Positions 39,437 through 49,024 of a stretch of 64,000 nt of DNA are shown piece after piece. Positions within the stretch are counted from its first letter, which is position 1, and every line of letters starts with the position of its first letter. Both the position numbers and the translations under genes were made by a program. The stretch is taken from assembly GCA_963840455.1 (NCBI GenBank), contig CAWIYV010000004.1:96001-160000 (forward strand), read 5' to 3'. The notes below the pieces were generated by a model, which worked only from the letters and a program-made list of their open reading frames with translations, had not been told where the DNA came from and searched no databases. Source of the stretch: Nitrospirota bacterium. Lineage in GTDB: Bacteria > Nitrospirota > UBA9217.

Positions 39437-40505
39437 GCTCCAGCGCCCCCGCGGCATGCTGCAGTTTTTCCGCCTGCTTGCCCTGCCACATCGCACGCAG
39501 GACGATGAAAGCGCCGAGCAGCAATGCGAAGATCATTATAGCAAAGCTGGAGGTCTTGAGCAACTTCACCGTGCTGTCGCCGAGCTTGTCGATAAGTCCA
39601 AGCTGGGACAGGTAGACAGGGACCATCAGACCGCGGCTGAAGAGCACGATCACCATGATCAAGCCCATGACGACCTTGATCATGAAGGGCTTCACGTAGG
39701 TCGTGCCGATGGCGCCGAGCTGGATCCCGAAGAGCGAGCCTGCCAGGATGATCATGGCGAGCCGGATGTCGACCATGCCGTGGAGCGCATACTTGAGCGA
39801 TCCGCCAAGGCCCATGACAAAGGCGATCACCAGCTCCGTGGCCGAGGCCATGAGGCTCGGCGCGCCGAGGACATAGATCATGGAAGGAACTCCGACGAAA
39901 CCGCCCACGGCGATCGTGGCAGCCATCATGCCGGTAGCAAAACCAAGGGGAATCGTGAACAGGATGGACACCCGCGCATTGATGCTCTTGAAGTAGACCA
40001 TGGTGCCGGGAATGTTGATGGACTGGATCCACTTCGCGAGCTTGCCGGCCTTTTCTTCCGTATTGGCATTGCCGGACCTATAGGTCTTCCAGGCATCATA
40101 GAGGACAAAGCCGCCGACCGTTGCAAGGATCACGACAAAGGCCACGCTGACATAGAGGTTGGAGCCTGCGTCGCCGAAGGTCGTCTTGATCTTTTCCTGA
40201 ATGCCGGCTCCGTACAGGACCCCCGCTTCGGCGGACACGCCGAGAACGATGCCGAGCTTCACGTCAACCTGGCCGTACTTGAAGCGCTTGAGGGCGCCCA
40301 CGAGCGCCTTGGGGAACTTGTGGCACATATTGCTCGCCACGGCCATGAGGCCCGGAACGCCGAGGCTCATCATGCCGGGCGTCAGCACAAAGGCGCCGCC
40401 GGAGCCTATGAAGCCGCTGACCAGGCCGCCCACGAACCCCACGCCGAAGAGGTAGAGGATCGTTATTGCATCGAGATTGATGAAACCAGCCGCGATGTCA
40501 TGCAT
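39423..40505 (-). CDS. TauE/SafE (TSUP) family exporter
   Basis: GFIGSGGAFVLTP and AVGGFVGVP motifs; multi-TM. Confidence 0.92.
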   Translation of the reverse strand: MHDIAAGFINLDAITILYLFGVGFVGGLVSGFIGSGGAFVLTPGMMSLGVPGLMAVASNMCHKFPKALVGALKRFKYGQVDVKLGIVLGVSAEAGVLYGAGIQEKIKTTFGDAGSNLYVSVAFVVILATVGGFVLYDAWKTYRSGNANTEEKAGKLAKWIQSINIPGTMVYFKSINARVSILFTIPLGFATGMMAATIAVGGFVGVPSMIYVLGAPSLMASATELVIAFVMGLGGSLKYALHGMVDIRLAMIILAGSLFGIQLGAIGTTYVKPFMIKVVMGLIMVIVLFSRGLMVPVYLSQLGLIDKLGDSTVKLLKTSSFAIMIFALLLGAFIVLRAMWQGKQAEKLQHAAGALEHGEV

Positions 40506-40506
40506 G

Positions 40507-40758
40507 TTACTTTACCTCCCTTTTCTTCCGTGCGGCCTCGACGCCGAGGACGGTCCAGAAATCGCCGGTGAAGTTCCCGTGGACGAACGAAAATACGAAT
40601 GCCGTGATGATGGGCAGGAACGCGTACCAGCCGCCCTTGCCGAAGATGATATTCACCTCGTCCTGCCTGGCCAGCAGGAGCGCGTACAGGGCGATGGAGA
40701 TGAGCCCCATGACGAACATCTTGCCGACCGGTTTCTTCTTTGCGTTGCCTGTTGCCAT
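40507..40758 (-). CDS. Small 2-TM conserved hypothetical protein
   Basis: AAGGAGG RBS; FSFVHGNFTGDFWTVLG; tight operon spacing. Confidence 0.8.
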   Translation of the reverse strand: MATGNAKKKPVGKMFVMGLISIALYALLLARQDEVNIIFGKGGWYAFLPIITAFVFSFVHGNFTGDFWTVLGVEAARKKREVK

Positions 40759-40836
40759 GATAATTCCTCCTTACCGTAATGTATTGAAGTGGTATTTGAG
40801 CTGTTCTGAATTAAGTTGTTTCTTGATCCTTGTCTT

Positions 40837-41337
40837 TCACACCCCCGCTGCATCGGATACGACCACGAGCGGGCACCTGAGGTTCTTCCATAATTCCGTA
40901 AGCACGCCGTCCTTCTTTTTGCAGTCCGCGTCGAGGCTCTTCGGCGATTCGACGACGACGAAGAGGACATCGTGCTTGCCGTTGGTATAATCGATGATCT
41001 CCTGTTTCATGCAGCCGGACCGTTCGATCACCTGGTAGGGGACACCGGCGGTCTTCAGTTCGGAGGTATAACCTTCCAGGAGCGTATCGGCCCGGCTCCC
41101 GGTCCCCGGCGCGGCGACCAGGAGGATATCGAGGCTGGCGTTGATCCGAAGCGAAGCGTTCAGTGCGTAGCGGAAGGTCTTGCTGTCCTGGTGCCCTTCC
41201 TTCAGCGCGAGCAGGACGCGGCGTTCGCGCTTGAAGAGCGAGACAGCCGCTTCAGCCTGCCCCTCTTCGGCGAAGGTGACCGCCGCCATCGCGTCCTCCA
41301 CCTGCTTCATCATCTTTTTGAACTTGTTCGTATCCAT
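40837..41337 (-). CDS. USP-like protein with an N-terminal AxxFAEEG motif
   Basis: RVLLAL..YAL..LDILLV..CPLVVV (degenerate USP fold). Confidence 0.7.
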   Translation of the reverse strand: MDTNKFKKMMKQVEDAMAAVTFAEEGQAEAAVSLFKRERRVLLALKEGHQDSKTFRYALNASLRINASLDILLVAAPGTGSRADTLLEGYTSELKTAGVPYQVIERSGCMKQEIIDYTNGKHDVLFVVVESPKSLDADCKKKDGVLTELWKNLRCPLVVVSDAAGV

Positions 41338-41374
41338 TCCTGTCCCTTTCGGTTCCGTAGACCTGCTTCCGGTC

Positions 41375-41554
41375 CTAATCGACCCTCAGCGTCGGCCGGG
41401 CTGCGGTCCGCTTGGAATCGCGGAGCGACGGACGGTCTGACTTCCGGAGCTCGTTCTTCTCGTTCATGAGCTGACGGGCTGTCTCGAACTCACCCTCTTC
41501 GGCAAAGGCTGCTGCTGCGAACGTGGTTTCCAGTTTCTTGAATATGTTCTTCAT
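41375..41554 (-). CDS. 59-aa small protein (AAAFAEEGE motif); not in the ORF track
   Basis: MKNIFKKLETTFAAAAFAEEGEFETARQLMNEKNELRKSDRPSLRDSKRTAARPTLRVD*; TAAGGAGG RBS; first ORF after the sigma54 promoter. Confidence 0.8.
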   Translation of the reverse strand: MKNIFKKLETTFAAAAFAEEGEFETARQLMNEKNELRKSDRPSLRDSKRTAARPTLRVD

Positions 41555-41623
41555 GGCTATTTCCTCCTTACGATATAAAGATGAGAACCCTTCAGGTCTC
41601 TGTCCTGTTCTGCTATTATGTAT

Positions 41624-41640
41624 TACAATGAACGTGCCAA
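41624..41640 (-). promoter_or_regulatory. Sigma54 (-24/-12) promoter
   Basis: TTGGCACGTTCATTGTA (consensus TGGCAC-N5-TTGC, one mismatch). Confidence 0.75.
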
Positions 41641-41704
41641 AATGAAAATCAATAATAACTATTTGATATCATGGTATATTTTAAATATCACGGTCATGCA
41701 TCAA

Positions 41705-41820
41705 GTGTTCGCATCTATTTTAAATTGCAACAGTAAAATCAACTTCTGTATCAAGATATTGATATATAATGGTAATTTTAATTGTTGCAGTAAAAATGGA
41801 AACGTTGTAAAATGCAACCT
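41705..41820. promoter_or_regulatory. Probable IHF site and enhancer-binding-protein sites
   Basis: TATCAAGATATTG (41749-41761) fits WATCAANNNNTTR; imperfect palindrome GTTGTAAAATGCAAC (~41804-41818) and TGTTGCA/TGCAACA half-sites. Confidence 0.55.
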
Positions 41821-41843
41821 TACTACAGATAAATGGTGCATTT

Positions 41844-43838
41844 ATGAAATTCTTTAAATCATCGGAAAATTCTCTGCAGGACAAAGACCTGGAAGACCTG
41901 CGCAGGAGGCTCGCGGAAGCGCGCCTGCCTGGCGCGGTGGAAAAGATCGCGGGCCAGGAAATGGACATCCTGTCCAAGGTCAGCCCTGCCTCTGCCGAGT
42001 TCACCATCGGCCTCACCTACATCGATTACCTTCTTTCCCTCCCCTGGAACATAAAGACCGAGGACAACCTGGATATCGGCCGCGCCGAGAAGATCCTGAA
42101 CGAGAACCACTACGGCCTGGACCGCATCAAGGAACGCGTGCTGGAGCATCTCGCGGTCAAGGTCCTCAGGATGAACCGGCAGGCCCGCGTCCTCATCGTC
42201 GATGACGAGGAGATCGCCCGGAAGAACCTTTCCCACGTGTTAGCCAAGGAACAGTATTACGTCGTCACGGCACCGGATGCGGAACACGGGCTCGGGGAAC
42301 TGGAGCGTTCGGAGTTCGATGTCGTGCTCACCGACCTCAAGATGGGCAAGGTGAGCGGCATGGACCTCCTGGAAACGGTCCGCCGAAAGCACCCGGAGAC
42401 GCGGGTCATCATCGTGACCGGCTACGCGACGGTCCCGTCGGCCATCGAGGCCATGAAGAAAGGGGCGTTCCACTACATCACTAAACCCTACAAACTCGAC
42501 GAAGTGCGGGACACCGTAAAGCAGGCACTGGAAAAAAGGGCCCTCCGTGCAAGCAGCCGGGGGACCGTGCTCTGCTTCGCGGGCCCACCCGGGACCGGCA
42601 AGACATCCCTCGGCAGGTCCATCGCTTTGGCGCTGGGCAGGAAGTTCGCGCGCATTTCCCTCGGCGGGATGAAGGACGAGGCGGACATCCGGGGTCACCG
42701 GCGGACCTACGTCGGCGCCCGGCCGGGCAGGATCATCGAGGAGATCCGGCGCGTCGAGTCGGCCAACCCGGTGATCATGCTCGACGAGCTGGACAAGATC
42801 GGCCAGGACTTCAAAGGCGACCCGGCGTCGGCGCTCCTGGAGGTCCTGGACCCGGAGCAGAACCGCGCCTTCGTGGACCACTACCTGGACGCGCCCTTCG
42901 ACCTTTCGAGCGTCATGTTCATTGTGACCGCGAACGTACTGGAGGGGATCCCGGCGCCGCTGCGCGACCGCATGGAGGTCATCGAGTTTTCGGGCTACAC
43001 GCAGGAGGAGAAGGCGCAAATCGCCGCGCGGTATCTGGTCCCCAAGCAGGTCCGTGACAAGGGGCTGTCGCCGGACCAGGTCGTGTTCACCGCTGATGCC
43101 GTGGACATGATCATCCACGAGCACACCCACGAGGCGGGCATCCGGAACCTGGAACGGAAGCTCGCGACGGTCTGCCGCAAGATCGCCAAGGGATCGCTCG
43201 CCGAGAAGGGCCGCCGCACGGTCAGGGTGGACAAGGAGGCCGTGGAGAGCTATCTCGGGCGGCGGAAGTACCATCATGACGTTGTGGAGGAGCACGACCG
43301 GGTGGGCGTCGCAACCGGCCTGGTGCGCACCGAGACCGGCGGCGACATCATATTCGTGGAAGCGGCGAAAATGAAGGGCAGGAAGGAACTGATCATCACG
43401 GGCTCGCTCGGCGACGTGATGCGCGAGTCCGCCCAGGCGGCGCTGTCGTACATCCGGAGCAATGCCGGGGCCTTCGGAATCGCCGACGATTTCTTCGAGA
43501 ACCAGGACATTCATATCCATGTGCCATCGGGCGCGGTCCAGAAGGACGGCCCCTCGGCGGGCATCACCATCGCCATGGCCGCTCTTTCCCTGCTGACCGG
43601 CCGCCCGGCCAAACGGGACGTGGCGCTCTCCGGCGAGATCACGCTCACCGGCCGGGTCCTGCCCGTGGCCGGGATCCGGGAGAAGGTGCTTGCGGCAAAG
43701 CGGGCGCGGGTCACGACGGTCGTCTTCCCTGCGAAGAACCGGGCCGACGTGGAGGAACTTCCCGAGAGCATCCGGCAGGGCATCACCATCCGTCTTGTCG
43801 ACACCGTGTCCGAGGTTGCGGACATCGTGCTGGTTTGA
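41844..43838 (+). CDS. lon: Lon (S16) AAA+ protease lacking the N domain, with an inserted REC domain
   Basis: LPW..HYGL..KERVLEHLAV | REC | GPPGTGKT, RGHRRTYVG, LDELDK, HIHVP, DGPSAG, EKVLAA. Confidence 0.92.
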   Translation: MKFFKSSENSLQDKDLEDLRRRLAEARLPGAVEKIAGQEMDILSKVSPASAEFTIGLTYIDYLLSLPWNIKTEDNLDIGRAEKILNENHYGLDRIKERVLEHLAVKVLRMNRQARVLIVDDEEIARKNLSHVLAKEQYYVVTAPDAEHGLGELERSEFDVVLTDLKMGKVSGMDLLETVRRKHPETRVIIVTGYATVPSAIEAMKKGAFHYITKPYKLDEVRDTVKQALEKRALRASSRGTVLCFAGPPGTGKTSLGRSIALALGRKFARISLGGMKDEADIRGHRRTYVGARPGRIIEEIRRVESANPVIMLDELDKIGQDFKGDPASALLEVLDPEQNRAFVDHYLDAPFDLSSVMFIVTANVLEGIPAPLRDRMEVIEFSGYTQEEKAQIAARYLVPKQVRDKGLSPDQVVFTADAVDMIIHEHTHEAGIRNLERKLATVCRKIAKGSLAEKGRRTVRVDKEAVESYLGRRKYHHDVVEEHDRVGVATGLVRTETGGDIIFVEAAKMKGRKELIITGSLGDVMRESAQAALSYIRSNAGAFGIADDFFENQDIHIHVPSGAVQKDGPSAGITIAMAALSLLTGRPAKRDVALSGEITLTGRVLPVAGIREKVLAAKRARVTTVVFPAKNRADVEELPESIRQGITIRLVDTVSEVADIVLV

Positions 43839-43955
43839 TGAGCAATAGCTTTGACACTGATGACACTGGGTAAAGCTATGAAACATCCTGACCTCCGTAA
43901 ATGCCCTCTCAGTGTCCTCAGTGTCGGTAGGTAACTTTCAAATCTGATCTAGACC

Positions 43956-45540
43956 ATGAAAATATTCCAGCAGAGCATACGCCAGAAGGTCCGGCTCGGC
44001 TACTTCGCCGTGGTCGTCATGATCCTCGGGCTCTCCGCCTTTACGTTCTTCGAGCTCGACTTCCTCGAAAAGAAGGTCATGTCGGGCGAGGCCATCTCCG
44101 AGTTCTTCGACACCACCCTCGAGATCCGGCGGTTCGAGAAGAACTATGTCCTTTACGAGCAGCGGTCGGACTACGACGAGAACCTCCAGTACGTGAACCG
44201 CGCCGGCGAGCTGTTCGACGCCAACATTGCCGGCTTCGCCGCGGTGGCGATGCCCGACCAGATCATCGGCCTCCGGGACTCCCTCCAGCGGTACAAGTCC
44301 CTGATGGAGCAGTACGAAAAGATCATCCGGCGCCAGAAGCACCGGCCGACCGGCATCTGACAGTGCCATCAAGGTCAAGCTTGCCGGGGATATCCGCAAA
44401 ACGGGAAAGGACATCATCACGGTCACCGAGGAGATGTCGAGAGCGGAGAGAAAGAGCCTCCAGACCCTCCTCGCAAGCTCCCGGCGGGTCCTCATCATAT
44501 CCATATCCCTGCTGATCGTCCTGGTCATCATCATCGGACAGGTCCTGGCAAAGATGGTCGTGAAGCCTTTGAAGCTCATGGAACGGAACATGGAGGTCAT
44601 TGCCGAGGGGAGGTTCGAGAGCATCCGCATCGATTCGAAGGACCGCGAGGTCCTTTCCCTCACCCGGGCGTTCAACAAGATGCTGCGGGAGCTGGAGCTC
44701 CGCCAGCGCCACCTCGTCCAGTCCGAGAAGCTCGCATCCCTCGGTACGCTCCTCTCCGGCGTCGCCCACGAGCTGAACAACCCCCTCTCGAACATCTCCT
44801 CATCCAGCCAGATCCTTGCCGAGGAGATGCAGGAAATCCAAGGGCCATCCCCGGCTGAACCTCTCGGGGCCAAGGGGGTCAAGGGTCAAGGGACACCACC
44901 AGCAGCACCATTCCTTGATCCGGCATACGCCATGGAACTGGTGGCCCAGATCAACGAGCAGACGGACCGGGCGAGGAATATCGTGCGGTCGCTCCTCGAG
45001 TTCTCGCGGGACAAGGAGTTCAAGAACGGGCAGCTGCCGCTCAGGACGCTCTTTGAAGAAACCATCCGCTTCGTCAAGGGACAGCTCCCCCCCTCAGTGT
45101 CCGTCACGCTGGACATCCCCGACGAACTTGTCATTACCGCGGACAAACAGCGCATCCAGCAGGCATTCCTCAACCTGATCAAGAACGGCATCGATGCGAT
45201 CTCCGGTGAAGGCTCGATCGCCATCAGGGCGAGGATGCACCATGCCATCGACAAGGCGGGTGATGACACGGGGATCTACAACTACCTGAAGTACCGCGGC
45301 AAGTGCACGCTTGAGGACGACACGGTGGACATCGAGATCCGGGACACGGGCGAGGGCATCCGCGTAGACCTGCTGCCGAAGGTCTTCGACCCATTCTTCA
45401 CGACCAAGGACGTGGGAAAAGGGTCCGGCCTCGGGCTCTTCATCGTCCACGAGATCATCGAGGAGCACGACGGCTGCATCGCCGTGGACAGTGAGCCGGG
45501 CAAGGGCACAACCTTCCTGATCAGATTGCCCGTGAAATGA
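43956..45540 (+). CDS. Sensor histidine kinase, split by a 1-nt frameshift at ~44320
   Basis: LEIRRFEKNY sensor (paralogous to 36171), HAMP, AHELNNPL, G boxes; removing one A from GAAAAG joins the frames. Confidence 0.85.
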
Positions 45541-45597
45541 AAAGACCGACACGGAGACGCGGGGACAGGGGGACTCGGAGAAAAGGTAAAACGGCGG

Positions 45598-45740
45598 GAA
45601 CACGAATGACACTAATGTACAAATGACACGAATAGACCCCTTGAACTTCTGGGGTCTGAAGCAATACCAAATGCTGTATCTTTAATGCTGTTCCTCAGGA
45701 GTTCATTCGTGCTATTCGTCCATTCGTGCTATTCGTGTTA
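45598..45740. repeat. CACGAAT inverted-arm element (family D), empty
   Basis: GAACACGAATGACACTAATGTACAAATGACACGAAT ... ATTCGTGCTATTCGTCCATTCGTGCTATTCGTGTT. Confidence 0.8.
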
Positions 45741-45792
45741 CTGATGTGTATTGCTCTTCGATTCACATCATCTGCAAAAGGAAGAACTGAAC

Positions 45793-47154
45793 ATGGACAA
45801 TCACGCAAAACTATTGATCATCGACGACGAGCGGGTGGCGCTCAAGAACCTCGAGCATGTGATGAAGAAAGAAGGCTACGAGGTCACAGCGACGCAGAGC
45901 GGCCAGAACGCGCTCAAGCTCCTGGAGGAGCAGCAGTTCGACGTCGTGCTGACGGACCTCAAGATGGAGAAAGTGGACGGTCTCCAGGTCCTGAGGCGTT
46001 GCCGTGAGCTCTACCCCGACACCGAGGTGATCATGATCACCGGCTTCGCCACGCTCCAGTCAGCCGTGGACGCCATGAAGCACGGCGCCTTCTACTATAT
46101 CGCCAAGCCCTTCAAGCTCGATGAGGTGCGCAAGGTCGTGAAGGAGGCCGTGCACAAGGTGGTCCTCAAGCGGGAGAACCGCCACCTCCGCGAACAGCTC
46201 GAAAGCTACCAGGGCAAGGTGAAGATCATCACCCAGGACCCGGCCATGCAGAAGCTCCTCGACGTGGCCCGCCAGGTGGCGCCCGTGGACACCAACATCC
46301 TGGTCTCCGGCGAGAGCGGCACCGGCAAGGAGCTTTTCGCGCGGTACCTCCATATGAACAGCGCCCGGGCCGCGGGCCCGTTCTTCGCCATCAACTGCGG
46401 CGCCTTCACCGAGGAACTGCTGACCAACGAGCTCTTCGGTCACGAGAAGGGGTCGTTCACCGGCGCAGCGCACATGAAGAGAGGCCTGATCGAGATGGCC
46501 TCGGGCGGCACCCTCTTCCTCGACGAGGTCACCGAGATGCCGACGTCCATGCAGGTGAAGCTCCTGCGGGTCATCCAGGAGCGGGAAATGCTGCGCGTCG
46601 GCGGCACCGAGCCGGTGAAGGTCGATGTGCGGCTGGTTGCCGCGACGAACCTGGACGTCCAGGAGGCGGTCAGGACCGGCGCCTTCCGGCAGGACCTCTA
46701 CTTCCGGCTGAACGTGGTCTCGCTCCGCATCCCGCCCCTCTCGGCGAGGAAGGACGACATCCCCCTGCTCTCCTATTTTTTCCTGAAAAAATACGCGACA
46801 CTGATGAAAAAGCCGGTGACCGAGATATCGGACGAGGTGGTCTCCCTGCTCATGAACTACGACTTCCCGGGCAACGTCCGGGAGCTGGAGAACATCATCG
46901 AGCGCGGCGTGGCGCTCGCGAACGGGAGCACCATCGAGCTGGCCCATCTGCCCGAGGACCTGAAGGAGCTGAGCATCAAGACCTTCCGGAAGAAGGAAGG
47001 CAAGATCCCCTCGCTGGATGAGCAGGAAGAATCCTACATCAAGTGGGTCTTGAACGAATCGGGCGGCAACAAGACCCTCGCCGCCCAGGTCCTCGGCATC
47101 GACCGCGTCTCGCTCTGGCGGAAGCTCAAGAAGTACGGGCTGGCGGAGGAATAA
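45793..47154 (+). CDS. Sigma54-dependent response regulator
   Basis: REC, GESGTGKE, GSFTGA, PGNVREL, Fis HTH. Confidence 0.96.
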   Translation: MDNHAKLLIIDDERVALKNLEHVMKKEGYEVTATQSGQNALKLLEEQQFDVVLTDLKMEKVDGLQVLRRCRELYPDTEVIMITGFATLQSAVDAMKHGAFYYIAKPFKLDEVRKVVKEAVHKVVLKRENRHLREQLESYQGKVKIITQDPAMQKLLDVARQVAPVDTNILVSGESGTGKELFARYLHMNSARAAGPFFAINCGAFTEELLTNELFGHEKGSFTGAAHMKRGLIEMASGGTLFLDEVTEMPTSMQVKLLRVIQEREMLRVGGTEPVKVDVRLVAATNLDVQEAVRTGAFRQDLYFRLNVVSLRIPPLSARKDDIPLLSYFFLKKYATLMKKPVTEISDEVVSLLMNYDFPGNVRELENIIERGVALANGSTIELAHLPEDLKELSIKTFRKKEGKIPSLDEQEESYIKWVLNESGGNKTLAAQVLGIDRVSLWRKLKKYGLAEE

Positions 47155-47276
47155 TCGGCCTGATGGACCCGGCAGGATGCCGCCGCTCAGCCCCGGGTAG
47201 GCGCACTGCACATCCAACAAAATGATCGAGCTGGTCCAGGCGTTCAAATTACTGCACATCACACAGAGAAAGGGAA

Positions 47277-47729
47277 ATGATCATGTCCACAAACGCCGTC
47301 AGACTACACCGTGTACTTCGTGCGGCGCCCGAAAGAGTCTATCGGGCATTTCTCGATGCCGACGCAATGGCTAAATGGCTTCCTCCGAATGGGTTCACCG
47401 GCAAGGTCCACCATGTTGACGCCAAAGTCGGCGGCACCTATAAGATGTCGTTCACGAACTTCTCGACAGGCCATAGCCACTCCTTTGGCGGAAAGTACCT
47501 TGAACTGGTTCCCCATGAACGCATCCGCCACACGGACAGGTTCGACGACCCCAACCTGCCCGGGGAAATGCTGACAACTGTTTCCCTAAGGCGGGTATCC
47601 GTCGGAACTGAGCTGGACATCGTGCAGGAAGGGATCCCCGAAGCCATCCCGCCAGAGGCCTGCTACCTCGGCTGGCAGGAATCGCTCACTTTGCTTGCGC
47701 AGCTTGTCGAGGCAGAGATCCCAGGGTGA
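47277..47729 (+). CDS. SRPBCC/AHSA1 family protein (cassette)
   Basis: APERVYRAF, WLPPNG and CYLGWQESL motifs. Confidence 0.9.
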   Translation: MIMSTNAVRLHRVLRAAPERVYRAFLDADAMAKWLPPNGFTGKVHHVDAKVGGTYKMSFTNFSTGHSHSFGGKYLELVPHERIRHTDRFDDPNLPGEMLTTVSLRRVSVGTELDIVQEGIPEAIPPEACYLGWQESLTLLAQLVEAEIPG

Positions 47730-47738
47730 CAAGGGTAC

Positions 47739-47805
47739 GCCTAACCCATCGTTCAACCCGGACCCAGGCGCAAGCGCCTGGTCCGGTCAAATTCTTCCGT
47801 TCAGT
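47739..47805 (+). other. Integron attC-like site
   Basis: GCCTAAC-CCATC-GTTCAACC..hairpin..GGTCAAAT..CGTTCAG (degenerate R'). Confidence 0.7.
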
Positions 47806-47850
47806 TGCCCATTGCTGGGCCACCCCCTGACCAATAAGCGAGGAATCTAA

Positions 47851-48498
47851 ATGTCAAAACTCCGCGTCCAAAGCTTTGCGATCTCAATCGACGGCTACGG
47901 TGCCGGGCCGGACCAGGACCTCCAGAATCCGCTCGGCGTCAGGGGCCCTGAGTTGATGGAGTGGTTCTTCCACACACGCCTTTGGCGGAAGATGCATGGC
48001 AATGACGATGGTGAGACGGGAGTCGATAACGGAATTGCGGAGCAAGGCTTTGCCGGTATCGGCGCCTGGATCCTTGGACGCAACATGTTCGGGCCTGTCC
48101 GGGGCCCGTGGCCGGACGAGAGTTGGAAAGGTTGGTGGGGCGACGAGCCGCCCTATCACACTCCTGTCTTCGTGCTGACCCATCACCCGCGGGCGCCGCT
48201 CAGGATGGCGGGCGGCACGGAGTTTCGGTTCGTCACCGAGGGTATTCACTCCGCTCTGCAGCAGGCAACGGATGCGGCAGGCGGCCGCGACATCAGGCTC
48301 GGCGGCGGCGTATCCACGATCCGGCAGTATCTGCGCGCCGCCCTGATTGACGAACTGCATCTTGCTATCTCGCCTGTCCTGCTCGGTTCCGGGGAGCATC
48401 TCTTGAACGGCATCGATATGCGTGCTTTGGGCTACGAATGCGCAAAGTACGTCGCGGGCGAACGTGCGGCCCACGTCTTTCTGCGCAAGCGCGCGTGA
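47851..48498 (+). CDS. Dihydrofolate reductase family (RibD-C) protein (cassette)
   Basis: ISIDGYGAGP, ILGRNMF, GGGVST and VLLGSG motifs. Confidence 0.9.
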   Translation: MSKLRVQSFAISIDGYGAGPDQDLQNPLGVRGPELMEWFFHTRLWRKMHGNDDGETGVDNGIAEQGFAGIGAWILGRNMFGPVRGPWPDESWKGWWGDEPPYHTPVFVLTHHPRAPLRMAGGTEFRFVTEGIHSALQQATDAAGGRDIRLGGGVSTIRQYLRAALIDELHLAISPVLLGSGEHLLNGIDMRALGYECAKYVAGERAAHVFLRKRA

Positions 48499-48595
48499 CC
48501 CGTCCGGCTCGCTCCGTGGGCAAGCTCATCCCTCATTCTAGCGGGACGCGTTAAAGCGCGCACCTTAATTCAAATGTTCTGTGAGAGAAAAATAC

Positions 48596-49024
48596 ATGAA
48601 AGAGACATTGAAGCCGGGGATTGAGTCAGAATTCACGTTCCGGATCCCAGGATCAAAAACGGTACCCGCGCTCTATCCCGAATCAGCCGAGTTTCAGGCA
48701 ATGCCGGAAGTCTTCGCAACCGGATACTTGGTTGGATTTCTGGAATGGGCCTGCATCAAAGCGGTCAATCCGCATCTGAATTGGCCCCAGGAGCAAACCG
48801 TAGGCACGCACATCGATGTGAGCCATATCGCCGCAACCCCGGTCGGGTTTGACGTTACCGCCAAGGTCAAGCTGATCGAAGTCGACGGTAGAAAACTGGT
48901 GTTCGAGGTCGAAGCACATGACGGCGTCGACGTGATTTCGAAGGGCACCCATGAGCGGTACGTCATCAACAAGGACAAGTTCAACTTTAAAATGAAAGAG
49001 AAGGCCGACAAGAAGCTCACATAA
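48596..49024 (+). CDS. Fluoroacetyl-CoA thioesterase (FlK)-like hotdog protein (cassette)
   Basis: VFATG..LEWAC, TVGTHIDVSH and GTHER motifs; stop codon lies in the attC TAAC. Confidence 0.88.
   Translation: MKETLKPGIESEFTFRIPGSKTVPALYPESAEFQAMPEVFATGYLVGFLEWACIKAVNPHLNWPQEQTVGTHIDVSHIAATPVGFDVTAKVKLIEVDGRKLVFEVEAHDGVDVISKGTHERYVINKDKFNFKMKEKADKKLT

Noticed and set aside
42240-43886. Long antisense ORFs (also 141-1199, 35051, 39186, 46060 and others)
   Set aside because: These are shadows of GC-rich genes on the opposite strand and carry no motifs.
44300-44360. Programmed frameshift or split-kinase biology
   Set aside because: One extra A in GAAAAG explains the split. Similar single indels in the VOC, Lhr and IS30 genes point to assembly error; reads are needed to decide.
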